NCBI RefSeq assembly: GCF_963921235.1
Contig: NC_086098.1
Coordinates: forward strand, 24,180,001-24,244,000
Reading direction: 5' to 3'
Origin: Mobula hypostoma
Taxonomy: Eukaryota
DNA length: 64,000 nt
Shown here piece by piece: positions 12,186 to 23,199 of this stretch. The stretch's first letter is position 1. The number at the start of each line of letters is the position of its first letter. Both the position numbers and the translations under genes were made by a program. The notes beneath the pieces were generated by a model. It made no database searches, was not told the origin of the DNA, and worked only from the letters and a program-made list of their open reading frames with translations.

Positions 12186-12439
12186 ATCTTTGTCTTTATC
12201 TTTATCGTTACAAAATAGTAATGAACAGGCAGAATGAATGACGTTTCAAACTAGTGAGAGCCCCATGCTGAGCTTTTCCTGGCTGATATTTTTCTTTCAC
12301 AGCAATAGCATCACTCAAACAAATGGGTTCTCAGGACAAAATGAAACACATTTACTCAGTTGATTTCCTGAAGAAGCAATGGAGGCCTTATTACTAAGTA
12401 GTGTGATCTGCACACTCTCCCTGATTGTATAAAGCAGCA

Positions 12440-12732
12440 TGGAGGCACAGCAGCACAGTGCCAGCAACCCGGGCTCAATTCTGCCACTGTCTGTAAGGAA
12501 TTTGTACATTTTCTTATGAATGCCTGGGTTTCCTCTGTGTACTCTGGTTTCCTCCCACATTCCAAAGAGGTACGGGTAGTAAAGGCCAGTAAGTTATGGG
12601 TATGCTATGTTGGTACTGGAAGCATGGCGACACTTTTGCAGGCTGCTCTTAACACAACCTTGGACTGTGTTGGTTGTTGTTGCAAACAATGCATTTCACT
12701 GTATGTTTTGATGTACATGGGACAAATAAATC
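12440..12732 (+). mobile_element. V-SINE
   Basis: gggctcaattctgccactgtctgtaaggaatttgtac...ctctggtttcctcccacattccaaag; AATAAA near the end. Confidence 0.75.
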
Positions 12733-12744
12733 TAATCTTTGTAT

Positions 12745-12789
12745 CAACACACATCAAAGTTGCTGGTGAATGCAGCATCTCTGTATACG
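12745..12789. mobile_element. Very short Penelope-like insertion with 12-bp TSD
   Basis: caacacacatcaaagttgctggtgaatgcagcatctct flanked by taatctttgtat at 12733-12744 and 12790-12801. Confidence 0.7.
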
Positions 12790-12899
12790 TAATCTTTGTA
12801 TATGCCTTTTAGAGATAAGGTACAAACACACTGAAGTAAAGAGGTTAAGTTATCATCTGCCAACCAGACTAAAGCAAGAAGGTGCACAAATTAGAAACA

Positions 12900-15590
12900 T
12901 CACGACCTGCCTTTGACAAAGCCATGCAGACTATTCCTAATCATGCCTCTCCAAATGTTCATAAAATCCTGCCTCTCAGGATCTTCTCCATCAAGTTACC
13001 AACCAGTGAAGTAAGACTCACTGGTCCATAACCTGGGCTATCTCTACTCCCTTCCTTGAATAAGAGAACAACATCTGCAACCCTCAATCTTCCGGAACCT
13101 CTCCCATCCCCACTGATGATGCAAAGATCATTGTCAGAGGCTCAGCAATCTCCTCCCTCACATTCCACAGTAGCCTGGGGTACATCTCATCCGGTCCCAG
13201 AGACTTATCCAACTTGATGCTTTCCAAAAGCTCCAGCATATTCTCTTTCTTAATGTCTATATGCTCAAGCTTTTCAATCAGCTTTAAGTCATCCCTACAA
13301 TCGCCAAGATCCTTTTCTGTAGTGAATACTGAAGCAAAGTATTCATTAAGTACCTCTGCCATCTTCTCTGGTTTCATACACACTATTCCACTGTCACACT
13401 TTGTTGGTCCTATTCTCTTGCTCTTCACATACTTGGAGAATGCTTTGGAGTTTTTCTTAATCCTGCAGACCAAGACCTTCTCATGGCCCCTTCTGGCTCT
13501 CCTAATTTCATTCTTAAACTCCTTCTTGCTAGCCTTATAATCTTCTAGATCTCTAACATTACCTGTTGTTTTTTTTTTGAACCCTTCGTAAGCTTTTCTT
13601 CTTGAATAGATTTTCAACAGCCTTTGTGCACCATGGTTCCTGTACCCTACCATCCTTTCTCTGTCTCATTGGAACATATCTATACAGAATGCCACGCAAA
13701 TATGCCCTGAACATTTGCCACATTTCTGCTGTACATTTCCCTGAGAACATCTGTTTGCAATTTATGCTTCCAAGTTCCTGCCTGATGGCTTCATATTTCC
13801 CCTTACTCCAATTAAACATTGCCCTAACTTGCCTTTTCCTATCCCTCTCCAATGCTATGGTAAAGGAGATAGAATTGTGATCACTATCTCCAAAATGCCC
13901 TCCCACTAAGAGATCTGACACCTGACCAGGTTAATTTCCCAATACCAGATCAAGTATAGACTTATCTTCATATTGTGTCAGGAAACCTTCCCGAACACAC
14001 CTAAAACTCCACCCCATCTAAACCCCTCGCTCTAGGGAGATGCCAACCGATATCTGGGAAATGAAAATCTCCCACCACGACAACCCTGTTATTATTGCAC
14101 CTTCCCAGAATCTGTTTACCTATCTGCTTCTCGATGTCCCTGTTACTATTGGGTGGTCTATAAAAAAACACCCAGTAGAGTTACTGACCCCTTTCTGTTT
14201 CTAACTTCCACCCACAGAGACTCCATAGACAATCACTCCATGACTTCCTCTTTTTCTGCAGCCGTGACACTATCTCTGATCAGCAGTACCACACCCCCAC
14301 CTGTTTTGCCTCCCTCTCTGTCCTTTCTGAAACATCTAAAGCCTGGCACTTGAAGTAACCATTCCTGCCCCTGAGCCATCCAAGTCTCTGTAATGGCCAC
14401 AGCATCATAGCTCCAAGTACTGAGACACGCTTGAAGGTCATCTGCTTTGTTCATGATGCTTCTTGAAATAGACACATCTCAAACCATTGATCTGAGCGCA
14501 TCCCTTCTCTGTCACCTGCCCATCCTCCAAACTGCATTGTCTCCAAACTTTCTCTATTTGTGAGCCAACAGCCCGTTCCTTCTTCAGTTTGGTTCCCCAA
14601 CCCCCAGCAATTCTTGTTTAGACTCTCCCCAATAGCCTTAGCAAACCTCCCTGCCAGGATATTGATCCCCCTGAGATTCAAGTGCAACCTGTCCTATTTT
14701 TACAGATCACTCCTGCCCCAAAAGACGTCCCAATGATGCAGAAATCTGAATCTCTGCCCCCTGCTCCAATCCTTCATCCACGCATTTATCCTCTATCTCA
14801 CTCTATTCCTGAGCTCTCTGTCGCGTGGCACAGGCCGTAGTCCTGAGATTACAACCCTTGTGGTCCTGCTTCTCAACTTCCTTCCTAACTCCCTGTAGTC
14901 TGTTTTCAGGACCTCCTCCCTTTTCCTACCTATGTTGTTGGTACCAATATGTACCACGACCTCTGGCTGTTCACCTTCCCATGTCAGGATATCATGGACG
15001 CGATCAGAAACATCCCGGACCCTGGCACCTGGGAGACAATTAACCATCTGTGTTTCTTTCCTGTGTCCACAGAATCGCCTGTCTGACCCCCTAACTATAG
15101 AGTTCCCTTCTGAGTCACAGGGCCAGACTCTGCCAGAGTCTATTGCTTCCACCAGACAGGCCGCCCTGGAGTACTTATTGTTAAGGGGGACAGCCACAGG
15201 GGTACTCTCTAGTATCGGACTCTTGCCCTTCCCTCTCCTGACTGTCACCCACTTATATGTGTCTCGAGGCCCCGGGGTGACTACCTGCCTATAGCTCCTC
15301 TCTACCACCTCCTCACTTTCCCTGACCAGACGAAAGTCATTGAACTGCAGCTCCAGTTCCCTAACGCAGTCTCTAAGGAGCTGCAGCTCGATACACCTGG
15401 CACAGATGTGGCTGTCCGGGAGGCTGGGAGTCTCCCAGACATCCCACATCTGACACCCAGTACAGAACACCGGCCTCACAGATATACTGCCTGTTTCTAT
15501 TCCTCACAGGTAACTTTCCTTGCCCCGACGTGTTATCGCCAAATCCCTCCTACTCTGTCTACCTCTACTTACACTCCAGCTCTATAAAGA
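12900..15590 (-). mobile_element. CR1 LINE retaining its 5' region, ORF1 and the 5' half of ORF2 (disrupted, 3'-truncated)
   Basis: ORF1 14793-15479 has CxxC...CxxC, a coiled-coil segment and an SGNH-esterase-like part (PGARVRDV, VVVHIGTNNIG); ORF2 pieces AITETW, GDSDHN, EVLNEYFASVFT, KSLGPDEMYPRLL. Confidence 0.92.
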
Positions 15591-15609
15591 ATATCACAAC
15601 ACAATATAT

Positions 15610-15935
15610 CTTAAGGCCAATTGTGAGGATTTTCCACCTTGTGGTAGAAATTAAAACCAGTGGGTACAGTCTCAGAATATGGGAGTGTCCATTTAAATGA
15701 AGAAATTCATCTTTCAAACTGCTGATTTGGGATTTCCTGCCTCAAAAAAATGATGAAGGCTAAATCCTTGAATATGTTTAAAGCTGAGATATATTTTAAT
15801 CAATAAAGATATTGTGTGTTATAGGAAGAGAATAGGAAAGTGGACATGAGGAAATTTGGATCAGCAATGGTCTCATTTAATACTAGTGCATACTTGAGGG
15901 ACCAGTTGACGTACTCCTGCTCTTGTTTCTTGGCC
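15610..15935 (+). mobile_element. Old CR1 3' end
   Basis: Diverged match to the CR1 3' end and 3'UTR (ggatcagcaatggtctc...tactcctgctcttgtttct). Confidence 0.65.
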
Positions 15936-16325
15936 TATAGCAAGAACTAGTTTTTCTGTACCCAGTGATTAAAAACTGGTCTTGTTTGCCCTTTCAATTG
16001 AACTAGAGGTGTATAAAACGAGCTGTGATATTTACCCTTCAACTGAAACAGATTATCTGGCTGTTCGAGATATGAGACTGCAGATGCTGGATGCTGGAAT
16101 CTGGAGCAACACAATCCACTGGAAGAATTAGCCTGCCTGCATTGGTCTTCGCAAAGGGGCAAAATAGAGAATAAATGTATTCTGTAATTACTGGATCGCA
16201 GAGGCTGTAGGTGAAAATCACACCAGAGACAATATCAAAAATCTACAGTCCTGCTGCTGTTCAAACTCAGTGCATAGAATAGCCATTTGTTAAGAATAGC
16301 CTATCTAATCATTATCACATTGCTG

Positions 16326-16688
16326 CAACACACATCAAAGTTGCTGGTGAACGCAGCAGGCCAGGCAGCATCTCTAGGAAGAGGTACAGTCGACGTTTCA
16401 GGCCGAGACCCTTCGTCAGGACTAACTGAAGGAAGAGCTAGTAAGAGATTTGAAAGTGGGGGGGAGGGGGAGATCTAAAATGATAGGAGAAGACAGGAAG
16501 GGGAGTGATGGAGCCAAGAACTGGACAGATGATAGCTCTTCCTTCAGTTAGTCCTGACAAAGGGTCTCAGCCCGAAACGTTGACTGTACCTCTTCCTAGA
16601 GATGCTGCCCGGCCTGCTGCGTTCACCAGCAACTTTGATGTGTTTTGCTTGAATTTCTAGCATCTGCAGAATTCCTCGTGTTTACGTT
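16326..16688. mobile_element. Penelope-like element remnant with inverted terminal repeat pair and 15-bp TSD
   Basis: Arms at about 16325-16440 and 16533-16648 are near-perfect reverse complements; attatcacattgctg is duplicated at 16311-16325 and 16689-16703. Confidence 0.8.
16388..16423 (-). ncRNA. Minimal type I hammerhead ribozyme motif
   Basis: Minus strand reads AGUC-CUGACGA-AGG gucucgg CCU-GAAA-CGUC-GACU: stem I AGUC/GACU, complete core, 3-bp stem II, palindromic ACGU in place of helix III, GUC triplet. Confidence 0.7.
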
Positions 16689-16961
16689 ATTATCACATTG
16701 CTGTTTGTTTCAGAAAGGGAAGATCAGACAAGTTTGTTAGAGGCAATTTGAACACTTCTAGAATGGCAGAAAGCATAGGAAAAAAAAGAATCTGTGGATG
16801 TAGAATATTTGGAATTTCCAAAACCATTTGTTACAATATCACACAAATGTTATCTCTAAAAGGTATTTTATTAGCTTTTATTAGCTTTAGCATAACATAT
16901 CCAAATACGTTTGTAGATTGAAGGTAGGTTAATAGACAAAATAACAAGGTTATTTACAGGG

Positions 16962-19961
16962 TTGGGGGGTGGGAATCAAATTAAAGAGGCTAGGTGTGAG
17001 GAGGTTAGTTCACAACAGAGGGATGGGAACCAGTGCAGAGAGACAGAGGGGTGTAAAGTGAGCGTAGAAGCAAAAAGTACAAAGGGGAAAAGTAAAAGTG
17101 GCAGGCCGACAAATCCAGGGCAAGCATTAAAAAGGGCTAAGAGAGTTGTAAAAGAGCGCCTGAAGGCTTTATGTGTCAATGCAAGGAGCATTTGTAATAA
17201 GGTGGATGAATTGAAAGTGCAGATTGTTATTAATGATTATGATATAGTTGGGATCACAGAGACATGGCTCCAGGGTGACCAGGGATGGGAGCTCAATGTT
17301 CAGGGATATTCAATATTCAGGAGGGATAGACATGAAGGAAGGGGAGGTGGGGTGGCGTTGCTGGTTAAAAAAGAGATTAACGCAATAGAAAGGAAGGACA
17401 TAAGCCGGGAAGATGTGGAATCGATATGGGTAGAGCTACGTAACACTAAGGGGCAGAAGACGCTGGTGGGAGTTGTGTACAGGCCACCTAACAGTAGTAG
17501 TGAGGTCGGAGATGGTATTAAACAGGAAATTAGAAATGTGTACAATAAAGGAACAGCAGTTATAATGGGTGACTTCAATCTACATGTAGACTGGGTGAAC
17601 CAAATTGGTAAAGGTGCTGAGGAAGAGGATTTCTTGGAATGTATGCGGGATGGTTTTTTGAACCAACATGTCGAGGAACCGACTAGAGAGCAGGCTATTC
17701 TGGACTGGGTTTTGAGCAATGAGGAAGGGTTAATTAGCGATCTTGTCGTGAGAGGCCCCTTGGGTAAGAGTGACCATAATATGGTGGAATTCTTCATTAA
17801 CATGGAGAGTGACGTAGTTAATTCAGAAACAAAGGTTCTGAACTTAAAGAGGGGTAACTTTGAAGGTATGAGTCGTGAATTAGCTAAGATAGACTGGCAA
17901 ATGACACTTAAAGGATTGACGGTGGATATGCAATGGCAGGCATTTAAAGGTTGCATGGATGAACTACAACAATTGTTCATCCCAGTTTGGCAAAAGAATA
18001 AATCAAGGAAGGTAGTGCACCCGTGGCTGACAAGAGAAATTAGGGATAGTATCAATTCCAAAGAAGTAGCATACAAATTAGCCAGAGAAAGTGGCTCACC
18101 TGAGGACTGGGAGAAATTCAGAGTTCAGCAGAGGAGGACAAAGGGCTTAATTAGGAAGGGGAAAAAAGATTATGAGAGAAAACTGGCAGAGAACATAAAA
18201 ACGGACTGTAAAAGCTTTTATAGATATGTAAAAAGGAAAAGACTGATAAAGACAAATGTAGGTCCCCTGCAAACAGAAACAGGTGAATTGATTATGGGGA
18301 GCAAGGACATGGCAGACCAATTGAATAATTACTTTGGTTCTGTCTTCACTAAGGAGGACATAAATAATCTTCCAGAAATAGTAAGGGACAGAGGGTCCAG
18401 TGAGATGGAGGAACTGAGCGAAATACATGTTAGTAGGGAAGTGGTGTTAGGTAAATTGAAGGGATTGAAGGCAGATAAATCCCCAGGGCCAGATGGTCTG
18501 CATCCCAGAGTGCTTAAGGAAGTAGCCCAAGAAATAGTGGATGCATTAGTGATAATTTTTCAAAACTCGTTAGATTCTGGACTAGTTCCTGAGGATTGGA
18601 GGGTGGCTAATGTAACCCCACTTTTTAAAAAAGGAGGGAGAGAGAAACCGGGGAATTATAGGCCGGTTAGCCTAATGTCGGTGGTGGGGAAACTGCTGGA
18701 GTCAGTTATCAAGGATGTGATAACAGCACATTTGGAAAGCGGTGAAATGATTGGACAAAGTCAGCATGGATTTGTGAAAGGAAAATCATGTCTGATGAAT
18801 CTCATAGAATTTTTTGAGGATGTAACTAGTAGAGTGGATAGGGGAGAACCAGTGGATGTTGTATATTTGGATTTTCAAAAGGCTTTTGACAAGGTCCCAC
18901 ACAGGAGATTAGTGTGCAAACTTAAAGCACACGGTATTGGGGGTAAGGTATTGGTGTGGGTGGAGAATTGGTTAGCAGACAGGAAGCAAAGAGTGGGAAT
19001 AAACGGGACCTTTTCAGAATGGCAGGCGGTGACTAGTGGGGTACCGCAAGGCTCAGTGCTGGGACCCCAGTTGTTTACAATATATATTAATGACTTGGAT
19101 GAGGGAATTAAATGCAGCATCTCCAAGTTTGCGGATGACACGAAGCTGGGTGGCAGTGTTAGCAGTGAGGAGGATGCTAAGAGGATGCAGGGTGACTTGG
19201 ATAGGTTGGGTGAGTGGGCAAACTCATGGCAGATGCAATTTAATGTGGATAAATGTGAAGTTATCCACTTTGGTGGCAAAAATAGGAAAACAGATTATTA
19301 TCTGAATGGTGGCCGATTAGGAAAAGGGGAGGTGCAACGAGACCTGGGTGTCATTATACACCAGTCATTGAAAGTGGGCATGCAGGTACAGCAGGCGGTG
19401 AAAAAGGCGAACGGTATGCTGGCATTTATAGCGAGAGGATTCGAGTACAGGAGCAGGGAGGTACTACTGCAGTTGTACAAGGCCTTGGTGAGACCACACC
19501 TGGAGTATTGTGTGCAGTTTTGGTCCCCTAATCTGAGGAAAGACATCTTTGCCATAGAGGGAGTACAAAGAAGGTTCACCAGATTGATTCCTGGGATGGC
19601 AGGTCTTTCATATGAAGAAAGACTGGATGAACTGGGCTTGTACTCGTTGGAATTTAGAAGATTGAGGGGGGATCTGATTGAAACGTATAAGATCCTAAAG
19701 GGATTGGACAGGTTAGATGCGGGAAGATTGTTCCCGATGTTGGGGAGGTCCAGAACGAGGGGTCACAGTTTGAGGATAGAGGGGAAGCCTTTTAGGACCG
19801 AGATTAGGAAAAACTTCTTCACACAGAGAGTGGTGAATCTGTGGAATTCTCTGCCACAGCAAACTGTTAAGGCCAGTTCATTAGCTATGTTTAAAAGGAA
19901 GTTAGATATGGCCCTTGTGGCTACAGGGGTCAGGGGGTATGGAGGGAAGGCTGGGTTCTGA
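16962..19961 (+). CDS. CR1 ORF2: APE endonuclease plus reverse transcriptase
   Basis: GITETW, VYRPP, GDFN, SDH (endonuclease); [27 protein letters not shown] (RT); the track start is TTG and the first AUG is about 200 codons in. Confidence 0.93.
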   Translation: MGGGNQIKEARCEEVSSQQRDGNQCRETEGCKVSVEAKSTKGKSKSGRPTNPGQALKRAKRVVKERLKALCVNARSICNKVDELKVQIVINDYDIVGITETWLQGDQGWELNVQGYSIFRRDRHEGRGGGVALLVKKEINAIERKDISREDVESIWVELRNTKGQKTLVGVVYRPPNSSSEVGDGIKQEIRNVYNKGTAVIMGDFNLHVDWVNQIGKGAEEEDFLECMRDGFLNQHVEEPTREQAILDWVLSNEEGLISDLVVRGPLGKSDHNMVEFFINMESDVVNSETKVLNLKRGNFEGMSRELAKIDWQMTLKGLTVDMQWQAFKGCMDELQQLFIPVWQKNKSRKVVHPWLTREIRDSINSKEVAYKLARESGSPEDWEKFRVQQRRTKGLIRKGKKDYERKLAENIKTDCKSFYRYVKRKRLIKTNVGPLQTETGELIMGSKDMADQLNNYFGSVFTKEDINNLPEIVRDRGSSEMEELSEIHVSREVVLGKLKGLKADKSPGPDGLHPRVLKEVAQEIVDALVIIFQNSLDSGLVPEDWRVANVTPLFKKGGREKPGNYRPVSLMSVVGKLLESVIKDVITAHLESGEMIGQSQHGFVKGKSCLMNLIEFFEDVTSRVDRGEPVDVVYLDFQKAFDKVPHRRLVCKLKAHGIGGKVLVWVENWLADRKQRVGINGTFSEWQAVTSGVPQGSVLGPQLFTIYINDLDEGIKCSISKFADDTKLGGSVSSEEDAKRMQGDLDRLGEWANSWQMQFNVDKCEVIHFGGKNRKTDYYLNGGRLGKGEVQRDLGVIIHQSLKVGMQVQQAVKKANGMLAFIARGFEYRSREVLLQLYKALVRPHLEYCVQFWSPNLRKDIFAIEGVQRRFTRLIPGMAGLSYEERLDELGLYSLEFRRLRGDLIETYKILKGLDRLDAGRLFPMLGRSRTRGHSLRIEGKPFRTEIRKNFFTQRVVNLWNSLPQQTVKASSLAMFKRKLDMALVATGVRGYGGKAGF

Positions 19962-20060
19962 GTTGGATGATCAGCCATGATCATAATAAATGGCGGTGCA
20001 GGCTCGAAGGGCCGAATGGCCTACTCCTGCACCTATTTTCTATGTTTCTATGTTTCTATG
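16962..20060 (+). mobile_element. Young 5'-truncated CR1 LINE with an uninterrupted ORF2
   Basis: 999-codon ORF, CR1 3'UTR (ggatgatcagccatgatc...ggccgaatggcctactcctgc) and (ctatgttt)n tail at about 20033-20060; flanks at about 16720-16950 and 20061-20200 look like an older CR1 it inserted into. Confidence 0.96.
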
Positions 20061-20209
20061 TAATTAGTGGATTACAAGAAACAGCTCTTGTGCCTTAGCT
20101 AGTTGTAACCTATATCAAAGGCATGATTTGTAGGTAGTTGATAAAGGTGGAGATGGGTAATATAATGTAGAAGTTGGGAAATTATTGCAAAAATGCTGTC
20201 AAGGGATGT

Positions 20210-20608
20210 TATAAAGTCATAGAGAAGTACAGCACAGAAACAAGTCCTTCAGTCCAACCAGTTTGTGCCAAGCCATTTAAATTTCCTATTCCCATCGACC
20301 TGTCCCGGATCCACAGCCCTCCATACCCCCACCACATGTACCTATCCAAACTTATCTTAAATGTTGAAATCAAGTTCACTTGCACAGGCAGCTCATTCCA
20401 CACTCTCACAATGCTCTGAGTAAAGAAGTTTCCCCTCATGTTCCCCTTAAACTTTTCACCTTTCACCCATGACCTCTTGTAGTCCCACCCAATCTCAGCC
20501 TGTCTGCATTTACTCTACCTATAACCTCATAAGTTTGTATACCTCTACCAAATCTCCCCTAATCTTCTACATTCCAAAGAATAAATTCCTAACCTGTTCA
20601 ATTTTTCC
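20210..20608 (-). mobile_element. CR1 3' end fragment
   Basis: KFKGNMRGNFFTQSIVRVWNELP on the minus strand. Confidence 0.85.
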
Positions 20609-20609
20609 A

Positions 20610-23185
20610 TGTGGAAAGCTCTAGCAATATGCCAGAAGTTCGAAAGTGTCAGAGGGCAGAAGTGCTCTTACTAGGGAGAAGGAGCTTGAGAAACTAATAA
20701 GTTACCTGGACCAGATGGACTCCACCCCAGGGTTCTGTAAGGGGTAGCTGAAGGGATTGTGGAGACATTGGTAATGATATTTAAAGACTCGCTAGATTCT
20801 AGATTGGTTCTGGAGGACTGGAATATTGCAAATGTCACTCCATTCTTCAAGAAGTGAGGAAGGCAGAAGTAAGGAAATAATAGGCCAATTAGCCTGACCT
20901 CATTGGCTGGGAAGATGTTGGAAACGACTGTTAAGGATGTGGTTTTGGAGTGCTTGGTGACATATGATGAAATTGGCCAAAGTCAGCATGGTTTCCTTAA
21001 GGAAAAATTTTGCCTAACAAATTTTAGAACTTATTGAGGAAATAACAAGCAGGATAGACAAAGAAGAATCATTGGATGCTGTGCACGTGGATTTTAAGAA
21101 GGATTTTGACAAGGTGCCACTCATGAGGCTGCTTAACAAGGTAAGTGTGAAGCAAGTGTGACGAGAATACACATAAATTAAGATGTTTGCTGGCCTGGGC
21201 TAGCATCAGTGGCATCAGCAGTTAGTCTGCCACCCGTCCTCAGGGGAGGGAGAGATAAGGCACACAATGAAGCAGCATTTGGAGGTGTTAATGAAGGAGC
21301 CATCAGTCTGGGTATTGTCAAGAGCGGCTCCCCCTTTGAACCCTGAACTGTTTGAAGTGATGGACAGGCGATACCCCAGCAGGGGGATAAAAAGGGACAG
21401 GTTCGCTAAGGCAGGACACACACGACACCCCGAGGTAACGAGACCCTGGAAGCGGTGCGCCTCTCACAAGTCGGTGGGAAGCTCTTGGATGGCTGATCAG
21501 GAGATCAGCCTTAAACGCACAGGGTGGAAGGGTACGATCAGTGGGAGCCCGGTGTGTATCCGCCCTTGCTTGGGTGCCGGGTTCACTGCAGAGGATCGAC
21601 CGCATCTGGAGGAGGGGTCACAGTCGGTGACCTCAGGTGACATCACAAAGGACCCGCCCAAAAGCTGCTTGTGAGCAATATCGCAGGTCTGTGAGTGGAA
21701 GCCGTTTTGAATGATCAGTCATTCTCGTTCTCTCTCTCCCTCCCCCCATGTTGTCCATCGCCATGGCAACGATTACTGCGAACTGAACTGAACTGAACTT
21801 TGCGTCACTTTGAAACTGGTCATTTGCCCCTAGACAACGATAGAGCTTGATTGATCCTGTTATCTTAATTCTGTGCACATGTGTGTTTATCATTGCTGAA
21901 CTGTTGCATTTATTATCCTTTCGATTACTGTGTTGCTTGTCTCTTTAATAAAACTTTCTTAGTTCTAGTAATCCAGACTCCAACTGAGTGATCCATTTCT
22001 GCTGGTTTGGCAACCCAGTTACGGGGTACATAACACAAGGTATTACAGGAAAGATACTAGCATGGATAGAGGATTGGCTGATTGGCAGGAGGCAAACAGT
22101 AGGAATAAAGGGGGACTTTTCTGATTGGCTGCCGGTGACTAGTGGTGTTCTGCTTTTTTACACTGTATGTCAATGATTTGGATGATGGAATTGATGACTT
22201 TGTGGCCAAGTTTGCAGACAATACGAAGATAGGTGGAGGTGTATAGAGGGTTGAGGAAACAGGGAGGCAGCAGAAGGAGTTGGACAGATTAAGAAAATGG
22301 ACAAAGAAGTGGCAGATGTTTGTACATGTTTGGTACAGCATTGTGGGCTGAAGGGCCTGTATTGTGTTGTAGGTTTTCTATCTTTCTATGATTTTATAGA
22401 ATACAGTGTCTGGAAGTGTATGGTCATGCACCTTGGTAGAAGGAATAAAACAGACTATTTTCTAAATGAGGTGCAAGGGGACTTGGAGTCTTTGTGGAGG
22501 ATTTGCTAAAGGTTGATTTTCAGGTTGAGTCGGTGGTGAGGAAGGCAAATGCAATGCTAGCATTCATTTTGAGAGGGCTAGAATATAAAAGCAGGAATGT
22601 AATGCAAAAGCTTTAAAAGGCGCTGATGAGGACTCTGAGTATTATGAGCAGTTTTGGGTCCCTCATTTAAGAAAGGATGTGCTGATATTGGAGAGGGTTC
22701 TGAGGAGATTCATGGAAATGATTCCAGGAAGGAAAGGTTTATCATATGCGAATGGCTCTGGAGCTTTACCGCTGGAATTTGAAAGAATGATGGGGTGGGG
22801 GTAATCTCATTGAAACCTATCAAATGCTGAAAGGCCTAGATAGAGTAGATGTGGAGAGATTGTTTCCTGTGGTGTGAGGAGTCTAGGATCAGAGGGCACC
22901 GTTTCAAAATAGATGGATGTCCAGTTAGAATGGAGATGAGGAATTTCTTTAGCCAGAGGGTAGTGAATCTATGGAATTTGTTGCCGCAGGTGGCTGTGGA
23001 GGCCAGCTCATTGAGTGTATTTCAGGCGGAGGTTGATAGGTTCTTGATTAGTCAGGGTGTGAAAGGTTATTGGGAGAAGGCAGCAGAATGGAGTTGAGAG
23101 GGAAATGGATCAGCCATGATGAAATGATGGTGCAGACTCGATGGGCCAAATGACCTAATTATGCTCCTGTGACTTATGGTCTTAT
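20610..23185 (+). mobile_element. Decayed CR1 ORF2 3' half, interrupted by a solo LTR
   Basis: RT motifs (SQHGF, DFKKDFDKVP) resume after 22036 as QGITGKILAWIEDW; NFFSQRVVNLWN and 3'UTR near 23100. Confidence 0.9.
21157..22035 (+). mobile_element. Solo LTR (Gypsy-like, 879 bp)
   Basis: TGT...ACA termini; 4-bp TSD CAAG at 21153-21156 and 22036-22039; TATA-like gataaaa near 21385; AATAAA at 21947-21952; (aactg)n near 21781. Confidence 0.9.
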
Positions 23186-23199
23186 AATTTAAATATGAA

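Noticed and set aside
16550-16585. Second active hammerhead on the plus strand (also copies at 38031 and 50810-50845)
   Set aside because: Core G8 is mutated (CUGACAA) or the CUGANGA strand is truncated away, so these are predicted inactive in cis
17300-19579. Long minus-strand ORFs (258, 134 and 93 aa)
   Set aside because: They are antisense shadows of CR1 ORF2 with no independent protein signature
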